Assembly (NCBI RefSeq): GCF_006345805.1
Contig: NC_043018.1
Span: forward strand, 3,596,001-3,660,000
Reading direction: 5' to 3'
From: Octopus sinensis
Lineage: Eukaryota
DNA: 64,000 nt
Below, piece by piece: positions 61,710 through 64,000 of the stretch. The position numbers were made by a program, and so were the translations under genes. Positions within the stretch are counted from its first letter, which is position 1. Each line of letters begins with the position of its first letter. The notes under the pieces are model-generated. The model saw nothing but the letters and a program-made list of their open reading frames with translations, was not told where the DNA came from and made no database searches.

Positions 61710-62680
61710 TTTTTCATCGTCATGCTTGCAGTTGTTGTCATCATCACATGGTTGTAGTTAAGCCTCGAATATTACAGTGCAGTTGACTTTGCTATTGTTG
61801 TTGTTGTTGTTGTTGTCGTCGCAGTCATGCCTATGCTTGGCTGGAGTGCTTTTCAAACATCCTGTGTGATGAGAGGTACAGAACATATTTCACATGAGAG
61901 AAATGTATTCAGACAGGAGATAAGGAAACATGGAGAGTAAGGAGAGAGGTTGCAGTAAGAGGAGAGTTGGTTCCAGCAGAAACAGGGGGTAGAGAATCAG
62001 GTAAAATGGTGAGGTACTGCTAAGACATCTACAGGGAAAATGGATATAAATTAGAAATAGTAAAAAAACATGTAGTTTCAATGGGGCACCGGGTTTGGCA
62101 AGATAGGTGGGTTGGGGGTTCTTCTGGGTCAGAGAATTGATACCATGTGAACTCTGCTAAATGCTCCATAAGGACCAGGTAATTGTGTTAAACCAGTTGG
62201 CATATGAAATTTGGTTTGCATATACATTAGTAAGAAGAACAGGAGGAGGAGGAAGAAGGGAGGAGGAGGAGGATGAGAAGGAGGAAGAGGAGATGAAATG
62301 TCCAAGAGTTTGGGGCTCAAACCGCTTCAAGTGATCACAGATAAGTGGGATTCAGATAGTAAAATGTTTAGTTTGAACAAACTAAACTATGGTTCATGTG
62401 TGTGTATATCTCTGCATGTCAACAGAGTAATGTTTAGAATCAAGAATCCAAAGAACAGAACCTCTATTATGGTCTCTGCATAATCTATGAGTGGATTGCT
62501 TGATCTGTTAGAAAAAGCAGCAACCAAATGTCCCTCAAAGCAACGCTTACCATAAATGATAAAGCGGATAACAGAGTCTCACATAAGAGAAATGTGTCTG
62601 AAAACAGATGGGCTGGTCATGGCTGGAACATTGTTGTGCATGGGTCTGCTGGATTGAGGGTTGATTTGGTGGCTATGCAC
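61113..62680 (-). pseudogene. Possible decayed coding sequence of unknown identity
   Basis: Non-repetitive, protein-like minus-strand segments with Ser/Pro/Asn runs, ending in the 93-aa ORF 61113-61394; many stops and frameshifts. Confidence 0.25.
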
Positions 62681-63434
62681 CTACAAACTGCTTCATAAAC
62701 AAACCATCTTTCTGATTATATCTTCCATACAGACACATTCTTCATTTGAGATGGTGAAAGTTTTGAAAAGCAAATTTGCCTTCTTAAAAAAATGGAAGGG
62801 CATATTGAACTGTGATCTTGGGTGCACTATATCTAAGATTATGGTGGGATGGTCACAGCTGGAAAGCCTATGAATCATAGATCTGTTGTTCAAATAGAGC
62901 TGATCTGGGCTAAACAACAACAAATACCTCAGCCTGCAAGAAATAACAGCTACATCTCTCTCAAATTGCACCCTACCATCCAATAAAAAAACAAAGGACC
63001 ATGTAATCCGAACTGTACAAAATGACAGGGTGGTCATGACTGGACTACTTTAGTCAGAGATGACCTGGGGTTTAACAACAACAACAACAACAGCAAAGAA
63101 ATTTTATTAAATGCCACAAGTGTGTCGTTTGTGTTTCTCCAGTTCAAGTGAGGAAATACTGTTTTGGGAGCAAGGGGACTTCACCGGCATTTTCTCATTG
63201 TATTAGTAGAAGGGTTAGCAACAACCATACATGACTGCGTTGTCAAGAAGTTCACTTCGCAACCAGAAGGGTCCAGGGTTCAATTCCAGTGCATAGCCTT
63301 TGCCACTCTGGGTTGGTGTCATGAAGTTTGGCCTTGATTTGATCATTGCCTTGTCAGAGGAATTTGAGAGATAGAAACTTGTTTGCAAGCCCAAGACGCA
63401 GGTGTACATGCATGTATGTATATACATATGTATG

Positions 63435-63473
<39 letters not shown>

Positions 63474-64000
63474 GCATGTATCCAGGCAAAATATGTAAAT
63501 ATCAATTACAAAAATAGCAAATTGGTGCAGCTTCAAATAAAGTCTTATGCCTTGTAATATTTGTTCTGCATCAAGTTACAGACACTCCCTTGTGTCTTTC
63601 TGTCTGTCTCTCTCCCTCTCTAGCTCTGTCTGTGTTTCTCAATGTCAGAAATTCAATGAACCAATCAGTTATTGATTCCTGTGTTCAACCAATCGTAGTT
63701 TAAAATGAAATTAAAAAAAAAAAAATAAATAGATGAGTGTCAGTAGCAGAAATAGGATGAGAAGGAGGAGGAGGAGTGATAGTTAGTATTGATGTGCTAC
63801 TGAAAACTGTTCCTTTGGATGAAACTTTCAAACCGATTCTTAGACAATAATGTTTGCTAAATCCTCATCTTTGCATTCGGGTAAATAGTTCCTCAAAAAG
63901 CACAAAACAGCTTTTGCTTGTTTTTTAATTTTTTTTTTCCTTTTTTTTTTTCATATTTTATTTTTATTTTTTTCATTTCCTCTTTTCTTCTCTTGGTCAG

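Overview
Repeat-rich, AT-rich animal genomic DNA; the SINE families and microsatellite load look like a coleoid cephalopod, probably Octopus (inferred from the repeats only). One clear protein-coding gene lies on +: glutamine-dependent NAD+ synthetase (NADSYN1). Eighteen GT-AG exons from 8094 to 45093 splice into one uninterrupted frame, and a plausible 19th, terminal exon lies at 53202-53294 (about 724 aa in total). The last intron holds a near-intact ~4.9 kb CR1-clade LINE. Its ORF1 has an unusual Myb/trihelix-like plus CCCH architecture, and its 5' end carries a tandem array. The rest is tRNA-derived SINEs, decayed LINE fragments (RTE, CR1, R4/Dong-like, Hero-like), Helentron-like and MITE-like elements, and microsatellites. 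The most striking unexplained signal is about nine hammerhead-ribozyme-like motifs (CUGANGA...GAAAC...GUH) in at least six apparently different short elements, mostly inverted repeats. One, at 7150-7200, has a complete catalytic core, and one family is fused to a tRNA-like Pol III head. This pattern suggests Penelope-like or retrozyme-type non-autonomous retroelements. Nearly all short ORFs in the supplied track are microsatellite or SINE artefacts.
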